Shown: positions 37,195 to 46,233 of the stretch, in pieces
How positions within the stretch are numbered: the stretch's first letter is position 1
How the letters are laid out: each line of letters starts with the position of its first letter
Source of the DNA: Bacillota bacterium
GTDB lineage: Bacteria > Bacillota > Clostridia > Christensenellales > SZUA-584
DNA length: 58,103 nt
Assembly: GCA_023396555.1 (NCBI GenBank)
Contig: JAEWWC010000058.1
Span: 1 to 58,103, forward strand
Reading direction: 5' to 3'
Program-made: the position numbers and the translations under genes
Notes under the pieces: model-generated
The model's database searches: none
Seen by the model: the letters and a program-made list of their open reading frames with translations, nothing else
Told to the model about the DNA's origin: nothing

Positions 37195-38295
37195 TCAGTA
37201 TGTTACGGATACCGTTTTGGTATCCGGATGCAGCGCGATCCAGGTGTTTCCGGGCGTCAGCATGATCTCTTCTCCATCCCCGTCGAAGTATTTGGTGGCG
37301 ACGTCATAGCTGTCCCGCTGCCACGTACCCTTCACATACACGCCGTCAATCACATATTCGGCATCACCCGAGCCCAGCACATCGATGATGCGGCGACCCG
37401 CCAGCTCGTTGACACTGGGCAGCTTCACATGCTGTACGATGAGGTTTTGCAGCGTCAGCCCCTCGCCCGTTTCCGCGGAGATAAACGGCTTGTCTGCCAT
37501 GTAACGAGTCAGCAGGTTGGTTGCAGTGTCATATCTGTAGGAGACATAATTGTCATCGCCGAAAAATGGCAGGGAAATTTCGCTGATCACCTGCCCGTTG
37601 TAGGTATTGCCGTCGTCGTAGTTGTAGCGGAACGGGACGGGCTCCGGTTGATAATCGTAGAGTTGAACGATCTGCGTGAGGTCGGATATCACGTTGTGAG
37701 GCGCTTTCCTGACTTTATCGCGAACGAAGTAGTCGCTCCACGCGCCCTTGATGCCATCCACTCGAATTTTGATATGCTCGGAGTCGCTGTCGTAAATATA
37801 AGAATCGTATCCGGAGTCGCTCGGACCGCCGTAGTGTACGAATATGCAGTCGAACTGCTGCTGCATTTTGATGAAATAGATGCGTGCCGAGCGCACGGGC
37901 TCCACCTTCTGCGGCAGCACGTCGTTGAAAACCGCCATGAAACGGGTGATGGAGCTTTCCACGGGCGCTTCATAGACGATGTTTGCAAGCTGAAGCCCGT
38001 ACTGCGGGCGCGCCGCCGCCGAGTTTTCGATCATGACGGCGACCGGCGTGTAATTCCGGTTCATGTCATCGGTAAACTCGCTTAAAGGCACTCCGGACAG
38101 CAGGGATACTTCGCCAGGCCCTGGAGAGGGTGACGGCGTGGGCGGCGCGGGTTCGGGCGTCGGCGTTGGTGCGACTGTTTGGAATGCCGTCGGCACGGAC
38201 GGGGGGGGGGCGGCAGGTTCCGGCTCGTCTGGCTGTGTGCAAGCGCAAAGCGCCGTCAGCGCAACGCAAACCATCATCAGGAGTACCCTTTTCAT
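37195..38295 (-). CDS. DUF3048-domain lipoprotein (YerB-like)
   Basis: Lipoprotein signal MKRVLLMMVCVALTALCAC, a Pro-rich linker, and the DUF3048 core PVAVMIENSAAARPQYGLQLANIVYEAPVESSITRFMAVF. The gene contains a G10 (coding C10) tract at 38201-38210. Confidence 0.75.
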   Translation of the reverse strand: MKRVLLMMVCVALTALCACTQPDEPEPAAPPPSVPTAFQTVAPTPTPEPAPPTPSPSPGPGEVSLLSGVPLSEFTDDMNRNYTPVAVMIENSAAARPQYGLQLANIVYEAPVESSITRFMAVFNDVLPQKVEPVRSARIYFIKMQQQFDCIFVHYGGPSDSGYDSYIYDSDSEHIKIRVDGIKGAWSDYFVRDKVRKAPHNVISDLTQIVQLYDYQPEPVPFRYNYDDGNTYNGQVISEISLPFFGDDNYVSYRYDTATNLLTRYMADKPFISAETGEGLTLQNLIVQHVKLPSVNELAGRRIIDVLGSGDAEYVIDGVYVKGTWQRDSYDVATKYFDGDGEEIMLTPGNTWIALHPDTKTVSVTY

Positions 38296-38615
38296 ACCAG
38301 AACCTCCTCGCTATTATCTGGATAAATTGTATGGGCTGAATTGCCCTGTTGTCAAGGGAAAATGTCCGCAAAGCCCCGATGGGTTACCAGTTTGAGAGCC
38401 TCGCTTCGATAGAGCGGCAGATTCCATCACACCAACAGAATAATTTCGATTTTTAATTTAAAATAGTTTATGGAGAAATATTCTTGAAAAATCCAAACAA
38501 TGGGGATATAATATTACATAATCATTACAAAAGTTTCGCTGGCGTTATATTTTAGTCTTTCCAAGCCGGTTTGTTGGCTATAATAAGCAGGCGAGGAGCT
38601 GTGTTGAAAACAGTT

Positions 38616-40487
38616 ATGTTAAACGGCATTCAGAAAATCAAAAAAATATCCCGCGTTGTTTTACTGCTTCTTCTTGAGGTCAGCATGGCGGCGGGCTTTG
38701 GTCTGTGGCCCGCTCCAGCGGCTTACGCGGCGGATTACGAAGACGAGCCGGAGGAGGAGCCTGTGACGGCGTCGGGCCTCGTGATCGACGCTGAGGAACT
38801 GAGCTTGTATGTGGGAGACGAAGCCTTGCTGACCGTTACGGTGCAGCCGGAAGGAGCGGCCTGTCCGCCGCTGGAATGGATAAGCAGTGACGAGAGCGTG
38901 GTGTCGGTGGACGAGGAGGGGCTGGTAACGGCGGCCGGCGAAGGCGTTGCTGAGGTTACCGTGACGGGCGGCGGAATGACGGACACCTGCGATATTACAG
39001 TGTCGGCTGCTCCGACGTTTATGATACAATTGGCGAGCGACGAAGTGACACTGGCGCAGCACGACACGGTGGCGCTGGAAATAGCGAGTGAGACGGAAGA
39101 TGCCGGTAAAGAAAGTGTCAGCTGGGTAAGCAGCGATCCGGATGTGGCTTCCGTGGACGCGGCGGGCAACGTGACGGCCTGCTGCCCCGGGGTGGCTACC
39201 ATATCCGTATCCGCGGGCATTGTGACGGATACGTGCACTGTTACAGTGGTGCCGTGCGAGATACAGTCCAGCCGGTATCTGGTGGACAGAGAGAACGGAT
39301 TGCTCAAAGGTGTGCGGCTGAACACCACGGTGGACGATCTCAAGTCCCGTCTGGACAACGACGCGGATTTTATTGAGGTGATAAGGGATGGCGAGCGGGT
39401 TGAGTCGGGCCGTATCGGTACCGGCATGGATGTCAGGCTGGTCGTCAATAAAGCGGTAAAGGACGAACTGAACGTCAGCGTTCCCGGCGATGTCGACGGC
39501 GACGGACTGACGAGCGTCTATGAGTATACGATGGCGCGGATGTATCTGCTGGGCAAATCCGTGTTGGATGCGGACCCGGAGCTGTACGATCTCAACGCGG
39601 ACGGCCGGGTGAGCATCACGGACTATACGTTGATCAGGCTCAACATACTGGGCGTCATACCGGATGGCGACGATCTCTCCGGCTTCCCTGAAATCGTGCC
39701 GGCGCTGAAAGCTTCGGCGCTGGGATGCAGCGCTACGCTGTCTTGGGATGCCGTGCCGGATGCGGGCGGATATGAGCTGCTGAGATCCGGTTCGGCGTCC
39801 GGCCCGTTCGTACCGGTGGGAACCGCCAGCGGCGGAACCTTAAGCTTTACGGACAATACCCTCGCGATGGAAAGCTCATACTATTACAAGCTGCTGGCCT
39901 ACAGGACGCTGGATGGCGTGCGCGTAGATACGCAGTACTCCGCGGTGAAATCCGTCTCGACGCCGAACTATACGGTATATTATCAGGGCGACCCCAAATG
40001 GGGGTTCTCCAGCTCTGTCCGCAAGAGCGCCTGCGTGATCACCGCCTATGCCGTCACTATCAACAACATGGGCACACCCTGTACGCCACCGGATATCTAT
40101 AAGTCCAACGGCAACCAGACCCCGATGAAGATAGATAACCTTAAGAAGAACTTCGGCGTGAAGCCGGTGAGCGGCCTTGGTTCATCGTCCAAATATCTCG
40201 CCAGCTTTGACGGGGCGTATACATTCATCAAGAACCCGTCCTCAAATTACGAGGCGGCGGTAAAGGAAGCGCTGGCTCGCAATCCGGAGGGCGTGATACT
40301 TTACTTCAAGAAGGGGAGCGACGCGCATGCGGTGGTGGCCTGCAAACTGTCGGACGGAAAGATCTACTACAGCGATCCGGGACGCAACCGGACGACGCTG
40401 GTGGACTTTTCCGAGACGTGGTGCAAGGTGGGACACAATATGAGCTACACGAATCTGGCGTATATGATCGCGCTGGATCGGTCGTGA
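38616..40487 (+). CDS. Secreted multidomain protein: 3x Big_2 Ig-like, conserved module plus internal dockerin, Fn3, and a C-terminal papain-like (peptidase C39-like) domain
   Basis: The start is uncertain: ATG at 38616, or TTG at 38604 after GAGGAG. Signal peptide ...AAGFGLWPAPAAYA. Big_2-like repeats: LSLYVGDEALLTVTVQPEGA..., VTLAQHDTVALEI.... Dockerin: GDVDGDGLTSVYEYTMARMYLLG ... DLNADGRVSITDYTLIRLNILG. Fn3: LSWDAVPDAGGYELLRS...YYYKLLAY. C-terminus: YYQGDPKWG...KSACVITAYAV...DAHAVVAC (Cys/His). Confidence 0.75.
   Translation: MLNGIQKIKKISRVVLLLLLEVSMAAGFGLWPAPAAYAADYEDEPEEEPVTASGLVIDAEELSLYVGDEALLTVTVQPEGAACPPLEWISSDESVVSVDEEGLVTAAGEGVAEVTVTGGGMTDTCDITVSAAPTFMIQLASDEVTLAQHDTVALEIASETEDAGKESVSWVSSDPDVASVDAAGNVTACCPGVATISVSAGIVTDTCTVTVVPCEIQSSRYLVDRENGLLKGVRLNTTVDDLKSRLDNDADFIEVIRDGERVESGRIGTGMDVRLVVNKAVKDELNVSVPGDVDGDGLTSVYEYTMARMYLLGKSVLDADPELYDLNADGRVSITDYTLIRLNILGVIPDGDDLSGFPEIVPALKASALGCSATLSWDAVPDAGGYELLRSGSASGPFVPVGTASGGTLSFTDNTLAMESSYYYKLLAYRTLDGVRVDTQYSAVKSVSTPNYTVYYQGDPKWGFSSSVRKSACVITAYAVTINNMGTPCTPPDIYKSNGNQTPMKIDNLKKNFGVKPVSGLGSSSKYLASFDGAYTFIKNPSSNYEAAVKEALARNPEGVILYFKKGSDAHAVVACKLSDGKIYYSDPGRNRTTLVDFSETWCKVGHNMSYTNLAYMIALDRS
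39486..39662 (+). other. Dockerin module, in an internal position
   Basis: Two Ca-binding loop/helix segments, as quoted for the parent CDS. Confidence 0.7.
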
Positions 40488-40522
40488 CGTTCCAAACAAT
40501 GCTGAATCGGGGCGGACAGCTG

Positions 40523-40544
40523 AAAGGCACCTCGCCTTTTTTTT
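40523..40544 (+). terminator. Intrinsic terminator after the Big2/C39-like gene
   Basis: AAAGGC ACCTC GCCTTT followed by TTTTTT. Confidence 0.55.
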
Positions 40545-40912
40545 ATGCGGTTTAGCGAAAATCGGGTACGGCATTACCGTGTTTCACGCTCCATGCTACA
40601 ACGAACGGCAAGTCAGTTCCCGGTTATCTCCAATGGTATAGGTTATAAAGTTATTCGGCGTGCCCGAGACGATTACGCCTGACCTTGGAAGGAGAGGTTT
40701 TCCCGTGACACTCCGGTAACCGTTCATCTGCTCGTAACATTCCGGACAGACCGGCGATGCCCGCTCATATGGTGGCTTTTCGCTTCGATACCTTATCCCC
40801 CTGCCTATGATTTTGCCATGATTCTACTATATGCCACGAAAAATGAATATATAGAGACAGGGCAAAAACGTATGATGGGAAGAAAAAATTACAAAATAAT
40901 GTGAGAGACCTC

Positions 40913-40941
40913 TTGATTTTTTACTGTCAGAGTATTATATT
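40913..40941 (+). promoter_or_regulatory. Promoter of the J-protein/clpB unit
   Basis: TTGATT (40913-40918), a 17-nt spacer, then TATATT (40936-40941). Confidence 0.5.
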
Positions 40942-40950
40942 TGTATTAAA

Positions 40951-40967
40951 GATCAAAGAAGGTCAAA
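40951..40967 (+). promoter_or_regulatory. CtsR operator (direct heptad repeat)
   Basis: GATCAAAGAAGGTCAAA versus the CtsR consensus (A/G)GTCAAAnAn(A/G)GTCAAA has one mismatch. It sits 10 nt after the -10 box. Confidence 0.65.
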
Positions 40968-41053
40968 GTCATATCCGAATCGTCAGACGGCGGCGACTGG
41001 GGCCCCCGGCCGGACGTGTCCGGCTAGGGTAAAGAAAGGAGGGATATGGCAAC

Positions 41054-42040
41054 ATGCAATACAAGGATTATTATGCGATACTCGGCGTAGACAAAGGCGC
41101 ATCTAAGGACGACATCAAGAAGGCGTACCGCAAGCTCGCCAAGCAGCACCATCCGGACGCTAACAAGGGCAACAAGGCCTCGGAGGATAAGTTCAAGGAG
41201 ATCAGCGAGGCGTACGAGGTACTGGGGGACGACGAGAAGCGCAAGAAATACGATATGTTCGGCAGCCAGGCGCAGTATGCGAACGGCGCGGATTTCGACC
41301 CGTCGCAGTACGGATTTAACGGTGGCAACGTGCGCTATGAATACGCGGGCGCCGGCGACCACAGTGACTTCTTCAACATGTTCTTCTCGGAGGGGTTCGA
41401 CCTGTCTTCGCTGTTCGGCGGAGCTGGACGGACGGGCCGCACCACGTCGCGCGTGTATCAGGGCGACGATCTCTCCGAGTTATTCGGCGGCGGACAGACA
41501 GCCGGGCGCGCGCCGCGCGTGCGTGACGGCCAGCACATAGAGGCCCAGATCGAGATCACGCCGGAGGAGGGTGCAATGGGCACGGAGAAGCGGATCTCCC
41601 TCCAGACGGAGACGGGTGTGCGCACCATCAATTTCAGGGTGCCTAAGGGCGTGAAGGACGGTGAAACTATCCGCCTGAAGGGGCAGGGCCATCCCGGCAT
41701 GAACGGCGGACAGACGGGCGATCTCAGGATGACGGTGAAGCTGACGACCGGCGGTCGGTTCGCGTTTGAGGATGGGCAGCTGGTGACGGCGCTGGATGTA
41801 TATCCGTGGGACGCGGCGCTGGGCGCGAAGCAGCCGGTGGATACGCTGGACGGGCGCATCGCGGTAAATATCCCGGCGGGGGTGCAGACGGGCAGCAAGA
41901 TTCGTATTGCGGGCAAGGGTTACCCGAGTCGTGACGGGTCCCGAGGCGATCTGTACATCAAGCTGCGCCTCGTGAACCCCGCGCACCTGACTTCGGAGCA
42001 GAAAGCGCTGTACGAAAAGCTGAAAGCAACTGTGAAGTGA
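41054..42040 (+). CDS. J-domain co-chaperone, CbpA-like (DnaJ N- and C-terminal domains, no zinc-finger domain)
   Basis: [35 protein letters not shown] includes the HPD motif, followed by a G/F-like region and DnaJ_C repeats. No CxxCxGxG motifs are present. Confidence 0.85.
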   Translation: MQYKDYYAILGVDKGASKDDIKKAYRKLAKQHHPDANKGNKASEDKFKEISEAYEVLGDDEKRKKYDMFGSQAQYANGADFDPSQYGFNGGNVRYEYAGAGDHSDFFNMFFSEGFDLSSLFGGAGRTGRTTSRVYQGDDLSELFGGGQTAGRAPRVRDGQHIEAQIEITPEEGAMGTEKRISLQTETGVRTINFRVPKGVKDGETIRLKGQGHPGMNGGQTGDLRMTVKLTTGGRFAFEDGQLVTALDVYPWDAALGAKQPVDTLDGRIAVNIPAGVQTGSKIRIAGKGYPSRDGSRGDLYIKLRLVNPAHLTSEQKALYEKLKATVK

Positions 42041-42067
42041 GCGAGTGTTTACGGGCTTAAGGTCGCA

Positions 42068-42256
42068 GGGACGCTGCCCCCGCACCCCCGCTTAAGGGAT
42101 GTCTCCCTTAAGAATCCCATAAAATATTCTTCTATTTGGAAGTAGCAGCTTGTATGGAAGAGAAGGCAAAAAGATTACGAAAATGCGTTAAGCATTTTTG
42201 GGGCGGGATTCTAAGGGGCTGCGCCCCTTTAGCGGAGGTTTGGAGGCAGAGCCTCC
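42068..42256. repeat. MITE-like element: two inverted ~52-bp GC-rich double-hairpin repeats flanking an AT-rich ~84-bp core
   Basis: Left arm, 42068-42120: GGGACGCTGCCCCCGCACCCCCGCTTAAGGGATGTCTCCCTTAAGAATCCCAT. Right arm, 42205-42256, has the same architecture in inverted orientation: GGGATTCTAAGGGGCTGCGCCCCTTTAGCGGAGGTTTGGAGGCAGAGCCTCC. Confidence 0.6.
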
Positions 42257-42316
42257 AAGGTCTTAGACCTGAAATAGATAAAATACCATAGCCTTTTCGA
42301 AGGAGGACTTATAGAT

Positions 42317-44905
42317 ATGGATATGGACAAATTGACTGAAAAAGCAATGGCCGCGGTGGCCGCGGCGCAGGAAACCGGCATACGGCTGGGGCACCAGCAA
42401 ATAGACGGGGAACACCTGCACTACGCCCTTGCGGCGCAGCAGGACGGTCTGATACCCAAGCTGCTGGGATACATGGGGCTGGACACCTCGCAGTATACGC
42501 GCAGCGTGGAAAAGGAACTAGCTAAGCTGCCAAAAGTGCAGGGCGCGTCGGCGTCAGTGTACGCTTCGCGGCGCTTTTCCGAACTGCTGGTGAAAGCGCA
42601 GGACGAAGCCAAGCGCTTCAAGGACGAATATACCGGGGTGGAGCACCTCTATATCGCGCTGCTCAAGGAACGCGGCACACCGTCGGCGGCAATCTTCAAG
42701 CAGTACGGCATCACGCTGGACAGCTTCATGGCGGCGCTGACCAAGGTGCGCGGCAACCAGCGCGTCACGTCGCAAAACCCCGAGGAGACGTACGACTCGC
42801 TCACGCGGTTCGGGCGCGACCTGGTGGAGATGGCGAAGCAGGGCAAGATCGACCCGGTGATCGGGCGTGACGGCGAGATACGCCGCGCGATACGCATACT
42901 GTCACGCCGTACCAAGAACAACCCCGTGCTCATCGGCGAGCCGGGCGTGGGCAAAACCGCGGTGGTGGAAGGCCTCGCGCAACGCATACTCGCGGGCGAC
43001 GTGCCGGAAGGCCTCAAGGACAAGACGATATTCGCGCTGGATTTGGGCGCGCTGATCGCCGGGGCCAAGTACCGCGGCGAGTTCGAGGAGCGTCTGAAAG
43101 CGGTGCTGGCCGACGTGAACAAGAGTGACGGAAAGATTATACTGTTCATCGACGAGCTGCACAACATTGTGGGCGCGGGCAAGGCCGAGGGCGCGATGGA
43201 CGCGGGCAACATACTGAAACCCATGCTCGCAAGGGGCGAGCTGCACTGCATCGGCGCGACGACGCTGGACGAATATCGCAAATACATCGAGAAGGATGCG
43301 GCGCTGGAGCGGAGGTTCCAGCCCATACTGGTTGAGCCGCCGTCGGTGGAGGACACCATCTCCATACTGCGCGGGCTTAAAGAACGTTTCGAGATACACC
43401 ATGGCGTGAAGATCACGGACGGCGCGCTGATCGCGTGCGCGGTGCTGTCCGATCGGTATATCAGCGATCGCTTCCTGCCCGACAAGGCCATCGACCTGAT
43501 GGACGAGGCGGCGGCGATGATCCGCACCGAGATCGACAGCATGCCGACCGAACTGGACGACATATCGCGGCGCGTGATGCAGCTGGAGATCGAGCGGCAG
43601 GCGCTCAAAAAGGAGGACGACGCGGCGGCAAAAGCCCGTCTGGAAGCGCTGGAGAAGGAGCTGGCGGCGCAGAAGGAGCAGGCCGACAAGCTCAAAGCTC
43701 AGTGGGAGCTGGAGAAGGTGGCACTCACGCGGGAGAAGGAGCTCAAGCAGCAGATCGAGGAGGTACACCGGCATATCGAGGAGGCTAAGCGTGCGTACGA
43801 CCTCGAGCAGGCGGCAAAGCTGGAGTACGGCGAGCTGCCGGGGCTGCAGCGGCAGCTGGAGGAGGAGCGTCGCCGCAACGCCCAGAACGAGAACGTGCTG
43901 CTGAAGGAGGAGGTCACCGAGGAGGAGATCGCCGAGATCGTGGCGCGCTGGACGGGCATACCGGTATCCAAGCTGGTGGAGAAGGAGAAGGATAAGCTGC
44001 TGGGGCTGGAGGACATACTCCACAAGCGGGTGATCGGGCAGGACGAGGCGGTGACCGCGGTCAGCGAGGCTGTGATTCGCGCGCGCTCCGGTCTGAAAGA
44101 CCCCAAGCGTCCCATCGGTTCGTTTATATTTCTTGGGCCCACGGGCGTGGGCAAGACGGAGCTGGCGCGCGCCGTAGCCGAGGCGCTGTTCGACAGCGAG
44201 GAGAACATGGTGCGCATCGACATGAGCGAGTACATGGAGAAGCACTCGGTGGCCCGGCTGATCGGCGCGCCTCCGGGCTACGTGGGCTACGACGAGGGCG
44301 GACAGCTGACCGAGGCTGTGCGCCGCCGGCCGTACTGCGTGATACTGTTCGACGAGATCGAGAAGGCGCACCACGACGTGTTCAACGTACTGCTGCAGCT
44401 GCTGGACGACGGGCGCCTGACGGACAGCCAGGGCCGCACGGTGGATTTCAAGAACACTGTGGTGATCATGACGAGCAACATCGGCAGCGAATACCTGCTC
44501 TCCGGCATCGACGCGGAGGGCAACCTCAGTGACGAGGCCCGCGTGCAGGTGATAGGGGACCTGTCAAAGCATTTCCGCCCGGAGTTCCTGAACCGTGTGG
44601 ACGACATCGTGATGTTCCGCCCGCTGACGAGGGACGACATCATCCAGATCATCGACCTCAGCGTGGTGGCCATACAGAAGCGCCTCGACGAGAGGATGAT
44701 ACGCCTGAAGCTGACTGACGCGGCGAAGCGCCTGATTGCCGACAAGTCGTACACGCCTATCTACGGCGCGCGCCCGGTGAAGCGCTACCTCCAGAAAGAG
44801 ATAGAGACGCAACTGGGCCGCATGTTGGTGGCCGGTTCCATCGTGGACGGCGACATTGCTTTGGTGGACGCGGACGGCGGGGCATTGAAGATAACGGTGG
44901 GATGA
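42317..44905 (+). CDS. clpB: ATP-dependent chaperone ClpB
   Basis: 862 aa. Clp_N repeats, two AAA+ modules (GEPGVGKTA and GPTGVGKTE), and a long coiled-coil middle domain between them. Confidence 0.95.
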   Translation: MDMDKLTEKAMAAVAAAQETGIRLGHQQIDGEHLHYALAAQQDGLIPKLLGYMGLDTSQYTRSVEKELAKLPKVQGASASVYASRRFSELLVKAQDEAKRFKDEYTGVEHLYIALLKERGTPSAAIFKQYGITLDSFMAALTKVRGNQRVTSQNPEETYDSLTRFGRDLVEMAKQGKIDPVIGRDGEIRRAIRILSRRTKNNPVLIGEPGVGKTAVVEGLAQRILAGDVPEGLKDKTIFALDLGALIAGAKYRGEFEERLKAVLADVNKSDGKIILFIDELHNIVGAGKAEGAMDAGNILKPMLARGELHCIGATTLDEYRKYIEKDAALERRFQPILVEPPSVEDTISILRGLKERFEIHHGVKITDGALIACAVLSDRYISDRFLPDKAIDLMDEAAAMIRTEIDSMPTELDDISRRVMQLEIERQALKKEDDAAAKARLEALEKELAAQKEQADKLKAQWELEKVALTREKELKQQIEEVHRHIEEAKRAYDLEQAAKLEYGELPGLQRQLEEERRRNAQNENVLLKEEVTEEEIAEIVARWTGIPVSKLVEKEKDKLLGLEDILHKRVIGQDEAVTAVSEAVIRARSGLKDPKRPIGSFIFLGPTGVGKTELARAVAEALFDSEENMVRIDMSEYMEKHSVARLIGAPPGYVGYDEGGQLTEAVRRRPYCVILFDEIEKAHHDVFNVLLQLLDDGRLTDSQGRTVDFKNTVVIMTSNIGSEYLLSGIDAEGNLSDEARVQVIGDLSKHFRPEFLNRVDDIVMFRPLTRDDIIQIIDLSVVAIQKRLDERMIRLKLTDAAKRLIADKSYTPIYGARPVKRYLQKEIETQLGRMLVAGSIVDGDIALVDADGGALKITVG

Positions 44906-44924
44906 AGCTAATTTGTGAGGGTTC

Positions 44925-45000
44925 GTGGCGCTAACGCGCCACAGGCGGGGGCGCTGCCCCCGCACCCCTGCCAAAGGGACGCGTCCCTTGGGAATCCCAT
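44925..45000. repeat. Third copy of the GC-rich double-hairpin repeat, preceded by a GTGGCGC/GCGCCAC hairpin
   Basis: 44947-45000 reads GGGGCGCTGCCCCCGCACCCCTGCCAAAGGGACGCGTCCCTTGGGAATCCCAT. By eye it is about 80 percent identical to 42068-42120 and sits in the same position, directly after a stop codon. Confidence 0.6.
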
Positions 45001-45034
45001 TGTTATAATGCTGGTTGGTTGATATATGTGTGGA

Positions 45035-45079
45035 GAAGCGGCGCTTATTGGTGGTGAACGGATGGGGCGCCGCTTTTCT
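45035..45079 (+). terminator. Possible clpB terminator
   Basis: GAAGCGGCGC, a 22-nt loop, GCGCCGCTTT, then TCT. The large loop makes this uncertain. Confidence 0.35.
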
Positions 45080-45097
45080 ACGTTGTGCGGGTTATTG

Positions 45098-45121
45098 GCC
45101 TCCCTCGGATGAGGGAGGTGG
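45098..45121. repeat. 24-bp direct repeat, left copy (contains an 8-bp-stem hairpin)
   Basis: GCCTCCCTCGGATGAGGGAGGTGG is identical to 46210-46233. Confidence 0.85.
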
Positions 45122-45346
45122 AGTCATCCTCTTTTCGTGATATTGCACATTCAAAACATCAAAATTTACTGGAACTATCAGCACTCCTTTTCCGTATCCG
45201 AAGCGTTCATATCTCTTCATCTTTTTCTACCCACATCGTTTTGCATGACTTGTAAGCGCCAAAAGCAGCGTAGCGCCCATGATTAGTGCGGTGACGATAT
45301 TTTCCCCGCTAATTGTATGAACTCACTGATAGCAACCCAATGGCTA

Positions 45347-45514
45347 TTAAAAACATGCCAATCCCAAAGGATATGCTGATGACTTTGTGGCACTTCTAGA
45401 AATCGGCTTGCCCATGGCATTGATAATAAACCTGAAGATAAAAACGAAAACAAAGGCTACCGCCAATGCGCCAACCGTCCTACCTATAAAGTAACCGGCA
45501 GAATTTCCATTCAT
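45347..45514 (-). CDS. Small hydrophobic protein (55 aa), possibly the 5' remnant of a frameshifted membrane-protein gene
   Basis: My own translation after AAAGGAGAC-N5-ATG gives MNGNSAGYFIGRTVGALAVAFVFVFIFRFIINAMGKPISRSATKSSAYPLGLACF. Downstream out-of-frame segments are also hydrophobic. It is below the ORF-track size cutoff. Confidence 0.3.
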   Translation of the reverse strand: MNGNSAGYFIGRTVGALAVAFVFVFIFRFIINAMGKPISRSATKSSAYPLGLACF

Positions 45515-45617
45515 TTGCGGTCTCCTTTATGATGCCTAGTTGTGCCTTAATGTTTCAGCCCTACGCTTGTTCCTCAATGTAAAAATCAGCTTTCCATCAG
45601 TGAATAAGAATGTTTCC

Positions 45618-46001
45618 TCATAGATCAGCTTCAAAATAGTGCTGTAAATGTTCCTGATATTTTTGTATAGCCGCCAGATCAGCAGCGCCCATCGCTGCCT
45701 TATCAGTTTTATTTAGCCGTATATTTGCTATTTTGATAAATTCTCCGAAATCATCTTCAGATAAATTGCGGCCTCTTTTATAAGCTAAATCGTTAAATTG
45801 ATCGACCCTGTAATCAATATACATATTCTTGTCGTATGCCTTCCCTTTGTAATAAAAGACTTCCGTTTGTCCGTCTGGTGTTTCAATAATCATTTTGTTC
45901 ATTGCGTTTTTTTCTTTTGTTGTTTCAACAATAGCTTTAATCAATTTAGGCAGAGAAAATACGAAAACAACCAAAGCCCCTATAAGTGCACTATATAACA
46001 T
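45618..46001 (-). CDS. Hypothetical membrane-anchored protein (127 aa) in a low-GC cassette
   Basis: RBS AAGGGAG precedes the start. There is an N-terminal TM helix (MLYSALIGALVVFVFSLP) and then a soluble Lys/Asp/Tyr-rich domain. I recognise no family. Confidence 0.55.
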   Translation of the reverse strand: MLYSALIGALVVFVFSLPKLIKAIVETTKEKNAMNKMIIETPDGQTEVFYYKGKAYDKNMYIDYRVDQFNDLAYKRGRNLSEDDFGEFIKIANIRLNKTDKAAMGAADLAAIQKYQEHLQHYFEADL

Positions 46002-46209
46002 AATATTCTCCCTTAATACTTAGATGAAATTAGTGGCTTGTATTTAGTGTAACATAATGTATGTATGTGTCAATATTATCTACGCTTGGACTAAAGAGAA
46101 GGATTATCACCTCACTGTCTTTCGATCTCCTCAACATCTTGTTCTACGCTCCCCTCACCTTGTGAAGTGCACTCGGCATACGCCGGCTGATGCTCTATCG
46201 CACGAATTA

Positions 46210-46233
46210 GCCTCCCTCGGATGAGGGAGGTGG
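46210..46233. repeat. 24-bp direct repeat, right copy
   Basis: GCCTCCCTCGGATGAGGGAGGTGG is identical to 45098-45121. Confidence 0.85.

Noticed and set aside
40575-40815. Start-less minus-strand open frame with a CPECYEQM zinc-ribbon-like motif (...YERASPVCPECYEQMNGYRSVTGKPLLPRSG...CRSL) in the 450-bp ORF-free gap
   Set aside because: There is no ATG/GTG/TTG start with an RBS before the motif and a stop lies just upstream. The fragment is under 60 aa and I recognise no family. At best it is a gene remnant, and I cannot support it.
40850-41053. Looked for a CIRCE (HrcA) inverted repeat, TTAGCACTC-N9-GAGTGCTAA, upstream of the J-protein/clpB genes
   Set aside because: It is not present. Only the CtsR-type direct repeat is found.
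42902-44374. 490-aa and 348-aa minus-strand ORFs antisense to clpB
   Set aside because: clpB is unambiguous on the plus strand. The antisense ORFs are Arg/Leu/His-rich and low in complexity, typical of GC-rich shadow frames.
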